From Alphaproteobacteria bacterium (GTDB taxonomy: Bacteria > Pseudomonadota > Alphaproteobacteria > CADEGL01): a stretch of DNA of 64,000 nucleotides. The DNA lies in assembly GCA_046153685.1 (NCBI GenBank), contig JBJXGH010000180.1, positions 14,604-78,603 of the forward strand, written 5' to 3'. The notes beneath the pieces were generated by a model. That model made no database searches. It saw only the letters and a list, made by a program, of their open reading frames with translations, and was not told the origin of the DNA. Positions 9,435 through 18,039 of the stretch are shown here, piece after piece; the first letter of the stretch is position 1, and each line of letters begins with the position of its first letter. The position numbers and the translations under genes were made by a program.

Positions 9435-10622
9435 GTGCGTCTGCTCATTCACGATTTCGCGGGGCATCCCTTCGCGGTGCAGCTCAGCCGGGCGCTCGCG
9501 CGCCGCGGCCATACGGTCCTGCATGTCTATGCCTCGGCCAATCCGACACCCAAGGGCGCGCTCGAGCTGAAGCCGGACGACCCCGCAGGCCTCGCCATGG
9601 AAGGTCTTGGCGTCGAAGGCCGCGGCGCCTATGCGCGCGATAATTTTTTCGGCCGCTATCGTTACGAACGCGCCTATGGCCGTGCCCTGGCCGCGCGCGT
9701 GCGCCTCTGGCGGCCCGAGGCGGTGGTGCTCTGCAATACCCCGCTCGATGTGCTGGCTCCCGCTTGCCGTGCCGGGCGCGAGGTCGGCGCGCGCACCGTA
9801 TTGTGGATGCAGGATTTGCTGGGTCTGGCGGCGTTTCGCATCCTCAGCCGCCGCCTGCCGATCCTCGGCGCGGCCATCGGCTGGTACCACATCCGGCGCG
9901 AACGCCGCCTGGCGCGCTCGGCCGATGCCGTGATCGCGATCACCGGGGATTTCGTGCCGGTCCTTGCCGGATGGGGCGTGCCGCGCGCGCGTATCGCGGT
10001 CATCGCCAATTGGGGGCCGCTCGGCGAAATCGCGCCGGGCCCGCGCGACAATGACTGGGCGCGCGCGCACGCCTTGGGCGCGCGGCCGGTGTTTCTCTAC
10101 ACCGGCATGATGGGCATGAAGCACGACCCTGGCCTGATCCTCGATCTTGCCCGGCATTTCGGCGCGCGCGCCGATATTGTCGTCGTGTCCGAGGGCCGCG
10201 GCGCCAATATTCTGCGCGCCGCCGCCGCAACGGAGGGTCTTGGAAATCTGCTGATCCTGCCCTTCCAGCCCTATGACAGGCTCGGCGAGGTCTTGGCTGC
10301 GGGCGATGTCATGCTGGCGGTGCTCGAGGCCGAGGCGGGCGCCTTCGCCGTGCCGTCCAAGGTCCTGGGGTATTTCTGCGCGGGCCGTCCGGTGCTGGCC
10401 GCAATCCCGATGGAAAATCTTGCCGCTCGGCTCATCGTCGAAGCCGGGGCGGGCGTGGTCGTGGCGCCGGGCGACCGGGATTCCTGGCTGACGCAAGCCG
10501 AGCGCCTTTTTGCGGATGCGCCCGCGCGCGCGCGCATGGCGCAAGCGGCACGCGCCCATGCCGAGGCGGCGTTCGATATCGAGGCGATTGCAGCGCGGTT
10601 CGAGGGCGTGCTCGGAGCCTAA
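9435..10622 (+). CDS. Glycosyltransferase family 4
   Basis: MRLLIHDFAGHPFAVQLSRALARRGHTV N-terminus; GT-B fold with a C-terminal nucleotide-sugar-binding region. Confidence 0.8.
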   Translation: MRLLIHDFAGHPFAVQLSRALARRGHTVLHVYASANPTPKGALELKPDDPAGLAMEGLGVEGRGAYARDNFFGRYRYERAYGRALAARVRLWRPEAVVLCNTPLDVLAPACRAGREVGARTVLWMQDLLGLAAFRILSRRLPILGAAIGWYHIRRERRLARSADAVIAITGDFVPVLAGWGVPRARIAVIANWGPLGEIAPGPRDNDWARAHALGARPVFLYTGMMGMKHDPGLILDLARHFGARADIVVVSEGRGANILRAAAATEGLGNLLILPFQPYDRLGEVLAAGDVMLAVLEAEAGAFAVPSKVLGYFCAGRPVLAAIPMENLAARLIVEAGAGVVVAPGDRDSWLTQAERLFADAPARARMAQAARAHAEAAFDIEAIAARFEGVLGA

Positions 10623-10720
10623 GCGTCGCGCCGGGGACTTTGGCCGGGCGGGCGAATCCGATATACCAAAGACATGAACGACGAACGCATACCCCACGCG
10701 GACAAGACAGGAGACGGGCG

Positions 10721-12184
10721 ATGACGCGGCGCTCGGATCTTGCGGCGCTGATCGAACGCCTGGGAGGCGTCGGCGTGCTGTGCGTCGGCGATGTCATGCT
10801 CGACCGTTATGTTTACGGCAAGGTCGAACGCATTTCGCCTGAAGCGCCCATCCCCGTTCTGCTGGTCGAGCGCGAGACCGCCATGCTGGGCGGCGCCGGC
10901 AACGTGGTGCGCAATCTGGTGGCGATCGGCGCGCACCCGACCTTCGTCTCGGTCGTCGGCAACGACCCGGCCGGGCGCGAGGTGAGCGGCCTCATCGCCG
11001 CGATCGACGGGGTCGAGCCCTATCTCAATGTCGAGCGAGGCCGCGTCACCACGATCAAGTCGCGCTACGTCGCCTTGAACCAGCAATTGCTGCGCGCGGA
11101 CCGCGAAACCGTGACGCCGATCGCGGTCTCGGTCGCCGATGATCTCCGCCGCATTGCCGAAAATGCGCTTCGCGAGATTTCGGCGGTGGTGCTATCGGAC
11201 TATGGCAAAGGCGTGCTGACCGCTGATTTGACGCGCGCCGTGATCGAGGCCGCGCGCGCGGTGGACAAACCCGTCATCGTCGATCCCAAGGGCAAGGATT
11301 TCGGCCGCTATCGCGGGGCGACGATTCTCACGCCCAATCGCGCCGAACTCGCCGAGGCCACGGGACGCGCGCTCAACGACGAGGCGGAAATCGTCGAGGC
11401 CGCGCGCGCGCTGGTGCGTGACTTCGCGCTGGGTGCGGTTCTGGTCACGCGCGGCGGCGACGGCATGACCCTGGTCGAGGGAGACAGCGCGCCCTTGCAC
11501 CTTGCCGCCGAGGCGCGTGAAGTGTTCGACGTGTCGGGGGCGGGCGATACGGTCGTGGCGATCCTCGCCGCTGCCATGGCGGCGGGCCTGGAGCTGGCCG
11601 ATGCCGCGCGTCTTGCGAATACGGCGGCCGGCATCGTCGTCGGCAAGATCGGCACGGCGGTGGCATCCGGCGCCGAAATCTACGGCGCGCTGCACGACCA
11701 GGATTTGCGTGCCGGCGAGGGCAAGTTTGCCGCCCATGCCGCGGCTCTTGCGCGCGTCGCGTCCTGGAGGGCCGAGGGCAACAAGATCGGCTTCACCAAT
11801 GGCGTGTTCGATCTGCTCCATCCCGGCCATGTCTCGCTTCTGACCCAGGCCAAGGCCGCGTGCGACAAATTGGTGGTCGGCTTGAACGGCGACGCTTCGG
11901 TTGCGCGCCTCAAGGGCCCGACGCGACCAATTCAGAACGAAGCGGCGCGCGCCGCCGTGCTCGCCTCGCTCGAATCGGTCGATCTCGTGGTGGTGTTTGG
12001 CGACGACACGCCGGAGACATTGATCGAGGAGATCCGCCCCGACGTGCTGGTCAAGGGCGCGGACTATCGCATGGATCAAGTTGTCGGCGCCGAGATCGTC
12101 GCCAAGCATGGCGGCAGGGTCGTGCTCGCTGAACTCGTGGCCGGACACAGTACGACCAATACCATCGCGAAAATGACGAAATGA
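10721..12184 (+). CDS. hldE: Bifunctional D-beta-D-heptose 7-phosphate kinase / D-beta-D-heptose 1-phosphate adenylyltransferase
   Basis: N-terminal ribokinase-like domain (GVLCVGDVMLDRYVYGKVERISPEAPIPV) and C-terminal cytidylyltransferase domain (GFTNGVFDLLHPGHVSLL). Start re-anchored to ATG 10721 (MTRRSDL), which has a GGAGACGG SD. Confidence 0.85.
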   Translation: MTRRSDLAALIERLGGVGVLCVGDVMLDRYVYGKVERISPEAPIPVLLVERETAMLGGAGNVVRNLVAIGAHPTFVSVVGNDPAGREVSGLIAAIDGVEPYLNVERGRVTTIKSRYVALNQQLLRADRETVTPIAVSVADDLRRIAENALREISAVVLSDYGKGVLTADLTRAVIEAARAVDKPVIVDPKGKDFGRYRGATILTPNRAELAEATGRALNDEAEIVEAARALVRDFALGAVLVTRGGDGMTLVEGDSAPLHLAAEAREVFDVSGAGDTVVAILAAAMAAGLELADAARLANTAAGIVVGKIGTAVASGAEIYGALHDQDLRAGEGKFAAHAAALARVASWRAEGNKIGFTNGVFDLLHPGHVSLLTQAKAACDKLVVGLNGDASVARLKGPTRPIQNEAARAAVLASLESVDLVVVFGDDTPETLIEEIRPDVLVKGADYRMDQVVGAEIVAKHGGRVVLAELVAGHSTTNTIAKMTK

Positions 12185-12206
12185 TCTGCCGCGAAGCGGC
12201 GGGTCG

Positions 12207-13709
12207 TCAGTCGGTATCGGCGCTGCCGTAAATCGTGCCCTCGAGCACGAAGCGTCCGAGTTCCGGCTGCATGCGGCGCTTCAGGGCGAATTCCTCGTCC
12301 ACGCCGAAATACGCGCGCGCCACCTCGCGCCGCTTGGCAATGAGCGCGCCACGGGCGGCCAAATAGGCCTCGCGCGGCTCTCCCGGCGCGCTATGACCCT
12401 CGACGAGAACCAGACGCCGCGCCGCGCCAGGCGCGCAATCGCCGTTCAACAGATACAAGCTCACGCAGGCAGGGCCGAAATTTCTCAGGTTCCAATACGC
12501 CACGGGGTCGGACAGGATCACGACATCGTCCGCGCCCGTATTGGCGGCGACGAAGGCGCGGATTTCCTCGAACGGCACCGCGGTGTTGCGCTTGAACGGC
12601 GTATCGTTGCCCCTGAGATTGGCAAGCGCGCCGAATGCGGTCACGAGCGCGACCGCGGCGAGCGCCGTCCGCGCGGCGCGGCGCGCGAGGAAATGATGGG
12701 CGAACAGGACCGAAAGCACGAGCGCGAGATAGGCGAAGGAGCGCGGCTTGGCGAAGCCGAGCGCGACCATGGCCACGAGGGCGGCGAATTGGAACGCGAG
12801 TACCCGTGTTTGACGGTCGCGCAGGCCGCGCGCGAGCACAAACGCCGCGAAGGCACCCAGCGGAACGAGCGCGATGGATTGCACGATGCCGAGGCTGTGG
12901 CCGCCGAGAAATCCGATCGCCGTTATCGCCGCCGCGGCGACGGGCCGGCTGCCCGCGAATTGCGAGGCCATGTAGTCCGTGGGCGCGCCCTGGAGGCCAC
13001 CTGCAAGGGTCACAAGACCGGGCAAGGCGAACGCCAAGCACAGCGCGCCCTGGCCGATTTCCCGGCGCCACCGAAACCGGCCGGACAATATCCGGTCGGC
13101 CGTCAGCAGCGGATAGACGAATACGCCGAGGAAATTGACCGAAACGAGCACGCCCGCCGCGGCGGACGACACGATGGCCGCGCGCCCGGCCGCGCGTTCG
13201 CGCACGTGAAAATACAGCGTCGCCATGAACACCAAGCCGTACATCGGGTACCAGCGGATCGCATCGCCCTGGCTCACCAGAAGCGGCGTGGTCGCCAGAA
13301 AGAGGAGGGCGATCAGGCGCTCGGCGGATGAAACGCCCGCATAACCTTGGCCGGACACATCGAGGCGCAGCAGAAGACGGTGGGCGATCGCCACCGCGCC
13401 CATGCTCATGGCCAGCGACAGCGCGCGCAGGCCCGCTTCGCCCGCGCCGGATACGTGCAGCAAATAGAAGGCGAGATAGGACAGCGGCGGATGGACGTCG
13501 TAGGCGCTGGCGAAGGCCTTGAGCAGCGCGAGCGCGCCCGTCACCTTCTCAAGCAGGTCGAGCGTGTAAATTTCGTCGTCGAAGGCCGGCCGAAACACCC
13601 GCCCGCCGAGCAGGGCGATCGCCGCGTGGGCGCAGGCGGCGAACGCGGTTTCGCCCCAGAAACCGCGCGCGCCCCGTGCGGCCGCGTCCGTTGCATCGTC
13701 CACTCTCAT
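12207..13709 (-). CDS. GT-C superfamily membrane glycosyltransferase (GT39/GT83, ArnT/PMT-like); candidate polyprenyl-phospho-pentose-dependent transferase
   Basis: Multi-TM protein; MRVDDATDAAARG...FDDEIYTLDLLEKV...DVHPPLSYLAFYLL is typical of PMT/ArnT-type lipid-linked-sugar transferases. Only the C-terminal 501 codons of the listed 947-aa ORF are coding. Start ATG 13709 has an ATGA overlap with the DprE2-like stop. Confidence 0.65.
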   Translation of the reverse strand: MRVDDATDAAARGARGFWGETAFAACAHAAIALLGGRVFRPAFDDEIYTLDLLEKVTGALALLKAFASAYDVHPPLSYLAFYLLHVSGAGEAGLRALSLAMSMGAVAIAHRLLLRLDVSGQGYAGVSSAERLIALLFLATTPLLVSQGDAIRWYPMYGLVFMATLYFHVRERAAGRAAIVSSAAAGVLVSVNFLGVFVYPLLTADRILSGRFRWRREIGQGALCLAFALPGLVTLAGGLQGAPTDYMASQFAGSRPVAAAAITAIGFLGGHSLGIVQSIALVPLGAFAAFVLARGLRDRQTRVLAFQFAALVAMVALGFAKPRSFAYLALVLSVLFAHHFLARRAARTALAAVALVTAFGALANLRGNDTPFKRNTAVPFEEIRAFVAANTGADDVVILSDPVAYWNLRNFGPACVSLYLLNGDCAPGAARRLVLVEGHSAPGEPREAYLAARGALIAKRREVARAYFGVDEEFALKRRMQPELGRFVLEGTIYGSADTD

Positions 13710-14446
13710 AGTTTTATCCGTTTGAAGACCGCTTCCGGAACCGCGCGTATGGCCAGCATGATCCAGAACCAGAAGCACGGCACATAGATCACGTCCTTGC
13801 GCCGCTCGATCGCGCGCAGAATAGCGGGGGCGAGGTTTTCCGGCTTGGCCCAAAGCGGTCCCTTGGAAAAATGCGCGGTCATGGGCGTATCGACGAATCC
13901 GGGCTTGATCGTGACCACCGCCACGCCGGCGCCGTGCAGGCGTTGGCGCAACCCGCCGAGAAAAACGCCGAGCGCCGCCTTGGCCGCGCCGTACACGTAA
14001 TTGCTGGCCCGGCCCCGATCGCCCGCGACCGAGGTAATGACCGCTATGCACCCGGCGCGCCTTGCCTCGAACCGCGAAGCCAGCGGCGTCAGAAGTGCGA
14101 TGGTGGACGACGCATTGATCGCGAGTTCGGCCAATGTGCGCTCGGCCGATTCTTCGCATTCGCGTTGATCGGGCAAGGTTCCGTGGGCGATGAAGGCAAG
14201 GTCCAGGCCGCCCAGTGCCGCCTCGGCGCGCGCGATCATCGCGCCGTGCGCCGCGATATCGTTCACATCCATGGTTTCGTGGCCGACGAAGCCGGCGCCT
14301 CGAATACGCAAATCCGCGGCAATGACATCGAGTTGCCGAGCATTCCGGCCGACGAGATAAAGCGAGTCGCCTTTCGCCGCCATGAGGCGCAGCACCGCGC
14401 CCGCGATCGCGGATGTCGCGCCGAAGACCAGAACGCGTCTCATCAT
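13706..14446 (-). CDS. Short-chain dehydrogenase/reductase, DprE2-like (decaprenylphospho-2-keto-pentose reductase homologue)
   Basis: MMRRVLVFGATSAIAGAVLRL (Rossmann), ...NYVYGAAKAALGVF (YxxxK), and a C-terminal tail VPCFWFWIMLAIRAVPEAVFKRIKL resembling mycobacterial DprE2 (...[22 protein letters not shown]). Confidence 0.75.
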   Translation of the reverse strand: MMRRVLVFGATSAIAGAVLRLMAAKGDSLYLVGRNARQLDVIAADLRIRGAGFVGHETMDVNDIAAHGAMIARAEAALGGLDLAFIAHGTLPDQRECEESAERTLAELAINASSTIALLTPLASRFEARRAGCIAVITSVAGDRGRASNYVYGAAKAALGVFLGGLRQRLHGAGVAVVTIKPGFVDTPMTAHFSKGPLWAKPENLAPAILRAIERRKDVIYVPCFWFWIMLAIRAVPEAVFKRIKL

Positions 14447-15744
14447 TGCGCCCCCTCGGTCGTGCGGCGCCAGAAATCGGAGGAGATGGCGGGATCGGCG
14501 CGCCGTGCCAATTCGCGCCATCCGGGATAGCTCTGCCGGAAGAAATCGCCCGCCATGCGCGCATCCTTCGCCGGATAGAGCCGCCCGCCAGCTTCACGCA
14601 CGATGACGTCCAGTCGATCGAACAGGGTCCGCGATCGTGCGCCGCGATTGGGGAAGTCCAAAGCGAGAGTCGGACCCGCCATGGGAAAGGACAACAGTCC
14701 CGGCGAGGACAGATCGCCGAACATCTTGAGCACACCGAGCGCGCAACACTCCCCCGAGCGGGCAACCTCTTCGAGGACGGCACGCACCGCCTCCTGCCCG
14801 ACGCTCGCCGGGAGGGCGCATTGGTACTGGAAGAACCCGGCTGGGCCGTAGAGCCGGTTCCAATCCGGCAGGCCGTCGAGGGGGTAGAAAAATCCGTCGT
14901 AATGGCGCCGCGTGGTCGTGCGTCGGGCGTGGCGTGCGCGCACGACGGCGTGGAAGGCGCGCAGCGCCGGGCGGCGCACCAGATTGAACGGCGCCGTCGC
15001 GTAGAGACGCAGCCCTCGCGCCCGCAGGCGGCCGTCTTCGCCAGGAACATGGTTGGCGCGCGAAAACACGCCGGGTGCGCCCGGGGTCATGGCGTCGATC
15101 CACGCCACGGTGTGTTCGTGGCTGGCGTCGGACGCGCGCGATAGGGCGAAGAACTCGCCGAGCGAGCCGAAGGGAATGGTCTCGACCTCGAGCCAAGGGC
15201 CTGGAATCCGGCGCAATTGCAGCTCGATCCAGACGATGGCACCTGTCAGGCCCAGCCCGCCGATGGTTGCCGCGAACAATTCGGGATTCTCGTCGGGTGC
15301 GCAGATCATACGCTCGCCGTCCGCGCGCGCGAGCTCGAACCGGCGCACGTGCCGACCGAACGTGCCCGCGACATGGTGATTCTTGCCGTGGACATCGTTG
15401 GCAAGGGCGCCGCCGAGCGTCACTTCCTTGGTGCCTGGCGTCACGGGCGGAAACCAGCGGCGCGGCACGGCGATCGCCAGAAGCGCGGCCAAGCGCATGC
15501 CCGCCTCGCAGCGCACGACGCCCGTTGCGTCATCGAAGGCGATGAAGTGATCGAGCGCCGCCATGTCCCAAAGCCCGCCATCCGCGTTCAGGCCGACATC
15601 GCCGTAACTTCGCCCGGCGCCGCGCGGCAAGTACCGGGAAATCCCGGCTGCCACGGGCAAGGGCGCCTCGCGGTTCAGCGGGCGCAGGACCTCGTGTTCG
15701 GCGTGTGTCACCCGGCCCCAGGTCGTGGCGACCTCGCGCATCAA
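14443..15744 (-). CDS. FAD-linked oxidase, DprE1-like (decaprenylphosphoryl-beta-D-ribose 2'-oxidase homologue)
   Basis: Strong colinear similarity to M. tuberculosis DprE1: GRSYGDVGLNADGG, PGTKEVTLGGALANDVHGKNHHVAGTFGRHV, NRLYGPAGFFQYQ, GRLYPAKDARM. The benzothiazinone-target Cys position appears to be replaced (..PTLALDFP..). Confidence 0.8.
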   Translation of the reverse strand: MMREVATTWGRVTHAEHEVLRPLNREAPLPVAAGISRYLPRGAGRSYGDVGLNADGGLWDMAALDHFIAFDDATGVVRCEAGMRLAALLAIAVPRRWFPPVTPGTKEVTLGGALANDVHGKNHHVAGTFGRHVRRFELARADGERMICAPDENPELFAATIGGLGLTGAIVWIELQLRRIPGPWLEVETIPFGSLGEFFALSRASDASHEHTVAWIDAMTPGAPGVFSRANHVPGEDGRLRARGLRLYATAPFNLVRRPALRAFHAVVRARHARRTTTRRHYDGFFYPLDGLPDWNRLYGPAGFFQYQCALPASVGQEAVRAVLEEVARSGECCALGVLKMFGDLSSPGLLSFPMAGPTLALDFPNRGARSRTLFDRLDVIVREAGGRLYPAKDARMAGDFFRQSYPGWRELARRADPAISSDFWRRTTEGAQ

Positions 15745-15747
15745 TCT

Positions 15748-17160
15748 TCAGACGGCAAGCAGCACGACCGCGCCCGAGACGCCGAGCACGACCAAGCTGA
15801 TCCAATCGCGCGCGGCGAACACGATCGGATCGTCGTGCATCGCGCCGCGATGGGCCTTCAGCCACATGCGACTGATCCAATAGAGCACCAGTACGCACAG
15901 CGCCCAAATCGCCTCGGGCAGGCGATACAATGCCTTGACCTCGGGCGAGTTGATGTAGAGAGCGAGGACCAGTACCGCGATAAAACCCGCCGAGATGCCG
16001 AGAGTTTGCAGGATCGCCAAATCCTGCACGAAATATCCCCGACTCGTCGCGTGCGATCGGCTCTCGCGGCCCAGCGCGTCGAGCTCGCCGTAGCGCTTGA
16101 GCGCCGCCAAGCTCAAGAACAGAAACATCGAGAACAGCAGAAGCCAGAACGACAGCGGCACGGCCGCGGCCACGGCGCCGGCGACGATGCGCACGGTATA
16201 AAGTCCCGCGAGGGTGAAGATGTCCACGAGCACGTAATGCTTGAAGACGAGGGAATAGGCGAGGGTTGCGGTGTAATAGGCGGCGAGGGCAAGTCCAAAC
16301 GCCTGGGGCAGAATCGCGCACAGCGCCGCCGCGCCCGCGAGCAGCAACGGCGCCAGGGCGAGTCCGAGTCCAAGGGACAAGGCCCCCGAGGCGAAGGGGC
16401 GATGGCGTTTGCGCGGGTGCGCGCGGTCGGCGGCGAGATCGAGCAGATCGTTCACGATGTAAACCGACGAGGCGCAAAGCCCGAAGGCGAGGAACGCGAT
16501 GAATGTTTGACCGAGTGCCTCGCCGTCCACGGCGCGGTGCGCCGCCAGCAGGGGAACGAAGATCAGCACGTTCTTGACCCATTGATAGACACGCGCGGCA
16601 GCGAAGATCGCGCGCCCATTGGCGCCTCGGCGCACGACAAGGCGCTCGATTTCGGCGATGCCGGCGGCCTTGCGGGCAAGGCTTTCCGTGCCGAAGACGA
16701 GCGCGCGCCGCGCGTGCCGCCAGACCGGCAAATCGGCGGCGCAATCGCCCGCGTAGTCGAAGCCCTTATCGCCGAAACGCTCGACGAGGCGGCGGGCTTT
16801 GGCTTCGCCCTTCAGGTTCTCGCCGCCCGTGCTCGAAATCGTGCCGTCGAACAGGCCGAGATGGCGCGCGATGGCTTCGGCGGTTCTTTCGTCCGCGGCC
16901 GTGACCAGCCATGTCGGCCGGCCCGCCGCTCGTGCCGCGCGCACGAGTTCAAGCACCGCTTCGTCATAGGGCAGGCTCGCTGGATTCAGATCCGCCCGCC
17001 GCGCAATCTCGGCCTTGAATGCGGCGCGGCCGCGTGCGAGCCATAGCGGCAGGCGCGCCAAATCCTGCGGCCGGCGCTTGACGAGCGCCAAGACCCCTTC
17101 GATCAAGCTGTCTGTGCGAATAAGCGTGCGATCGAGATCGACGCACAGGGCAATGGTCAT
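15748..17160 (-). CDS. Fusion protein: N-terminal HAD-like phosphatase domain + C-terminal UbiA-family prenyltransferase (phosphoribosyl-polyprenyl-phosphate synthase-like, Rv3806c homologue)
   Basis: N-terminus MTIALCVDLDRTLIRTDSL (HAD DxDxT motif). The C-terminal 280 aa are multi-TM with NDLLDLAADRAHPRKRHRPFASG (UbiA Asp-rich motif). Start taken at ATG 17160. Confidence 0.75.
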   Translation of the reverse strand: MTIALCVDLDRTLIRTDSLIEGVLALVKRRPQDLARLPLWLARGRAAFKAEIARRADLNPASLPYDEAVLELVRAARAAGRPTWLVTAADERTAEAIARHLGLFDGTISSTGGENLKGEAKARRLVERFGDKGFDYAGDCAADLPVWRHARRALVFGTESLARKAAGIAEIERLVVRRGANGRAIFAAARVYQWVKNVLIFVPLLAAHRAVDGEALGQTFIAFLAFGLCASSVYIVNDLLDLAADRAHPRKRHRPFASGALSLGLGLALAPLLLAGAAALCAILPQAFGLALAAYYTATLAYSLVFKHYVLVDIFTLAGLYTVRIVAGAVAAAVPLSFWLLLFSMFLFLSLAALKRYGELDALGRESRSHATSRGYFVQDLAILQTLGISAGFIAVLVLALYINSPEVKALYRLPEAIWALCVLVLYWISRMWLKAHRGAMHDDPIVFAARDWISLVVLGVSGAVVLLAV

Positions 17161-17235
17161 CGCGGCGCCCGCGGATGGCATGCCATGGCGGAGGCCAGGC
17201 TGGTCCTGGGCGCGAGAATCACGAACTCATTCCTT

Positions 17236-17290
17236 TTAGTCCTGGCCTTTTGGCCCCGGCCCTTTGGTCCTGGCCTTTTGGTCCTGGCCA
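17236..17290. repeat. Short tandem repeat, about 4 copies of a 14-bp unit (TTTTGGTCCTGGCC)
   Basis: tttagtcctggcc ttttggccccggcc ctttggtcctggcc ttttggtcctggcc read directly in the intergenic region upstream of the UbiA-fusion operon. Confidence 0.6.
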
Positions 17291-17502
17291 CCATCGCCTG
17301 GAGCCCATGGCGCCGCGCCCGATCCATTCACATGTGCCCCGCATCTCCCGCACCCATCATGACCATCCTATAGGGTTGGAACAAATCGGGTCCACCCATG
17401 GTCGGCTCGGCCGTTATGGCCTGGTAGTTGCAGCAATTGGGCCGAACCTTGTGATAATCTTCTTGGCGTCCGGGGAAGATTCGCCAGCGAGAGGGGATGG
17501 AT

Positions 17503-17712
17503 ATGGCACAAGACGCTGATCGGCAACAAGAGTTGGGGTCGGTTGTGGATCTTCAACGCCGCCGCGCTCTGGCGCGCCTGGGCCTTGCAATCGGCGCGGC
17601 CTATGTCGCGCCTGTCATTTTGCATCTCGAGCGCGAAGCCAAGGCCATGGCGCCGAAGTCGCCGTGTCCGCCGCCCGGTACCGTCCCTTGTCCTTCAGGT
17701 TGCAGGTGCTAG
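17503..17712 (+). CDS. Candidate small Cys-rich peptide (69 aa): RR-containing hydrophobic N-region and C-terminal CPPPGTVPCPSGCRC
   Basis: Strong SD (GAGAGGGGA) 7 nt before ATG 17503. Translation MAQDADRQQELGSVVDLQRRRALARLGLAIGAAYVAPV...SPCPPPGTVPCPSGCRC. Codon third positions are less GC-rich than in neighbouring genes, so coding status is uncertain. Confidence 0.3.
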   Translation: MAQDADRQQELGSVVDLQRRRALARLGLAIGAAYVAPVILHLEREAKAMAPKSPCPPPGTVPCPSGCRC

Positions 17713-18039
17713 GCCCGGACGGCTGAATCGCGCTTTTTGTCCCGCCTGGCTCGCGACTTCCTTGTTTTAAATCCCGGTCTTGAATCTCGGGCGCGCCCGA
17801 TCGGCGCGCCGCGATCTCTGTTCCGTCGTCTTCCCGCTGCCGCGAGAACGGCGACGCCTAGATTTCCTGTGCGATAAACCGGCTTGCCGGCGACGATCGT
17901 CGCCCGCACAAGCAGCGCGCCCATGATGGCTGTTTGTGGCCGGCGCTCCACAATCAGCAATCATGGCCATCGGCAGATGACGCGGCTTGCGCGCCGCGTT
18001 ATGTAGGGCCTTCGCCCGTTCGAGGGCAGGGGGGACCGC

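Noticed and set aside
12185-12206. Possible bidirectional terminator between hldE and the GT-C gene (GCCGC-GAA-GCGGC)
   Set aside because: The stem is only 5 bp with no U-tract; too weak to call without folding energy.
12207-15050. 947-aa minus-strand ORF
   Set aside because: Only its C-terminal 501 codons (the GT-C protein from ATG 13709) are coding. Upstream, the same frame runs antisense-like (Arg/Gly-rich) through the region where the DprE2-like and DprE1-like genes occupy other frames with strong homology.
15217-17046. 609-aa plus-strand ORF and the 404-aa ORF at 15530..16744
   Set aside because: Low-complexity Arg/Gly/His-rich translations overlapping the HAD-UbiA and DprE1-like genes; GC-frame artefacts.
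17340-17500. Possible tRNA or small RNA in the 17.2-17.5 kb intergenic region
   Set aside because: No GTTCGAATC-type T-loop, no acceptor-stem/CCA geometry recognisable by eye. Would need tRNAscan/Infernal.
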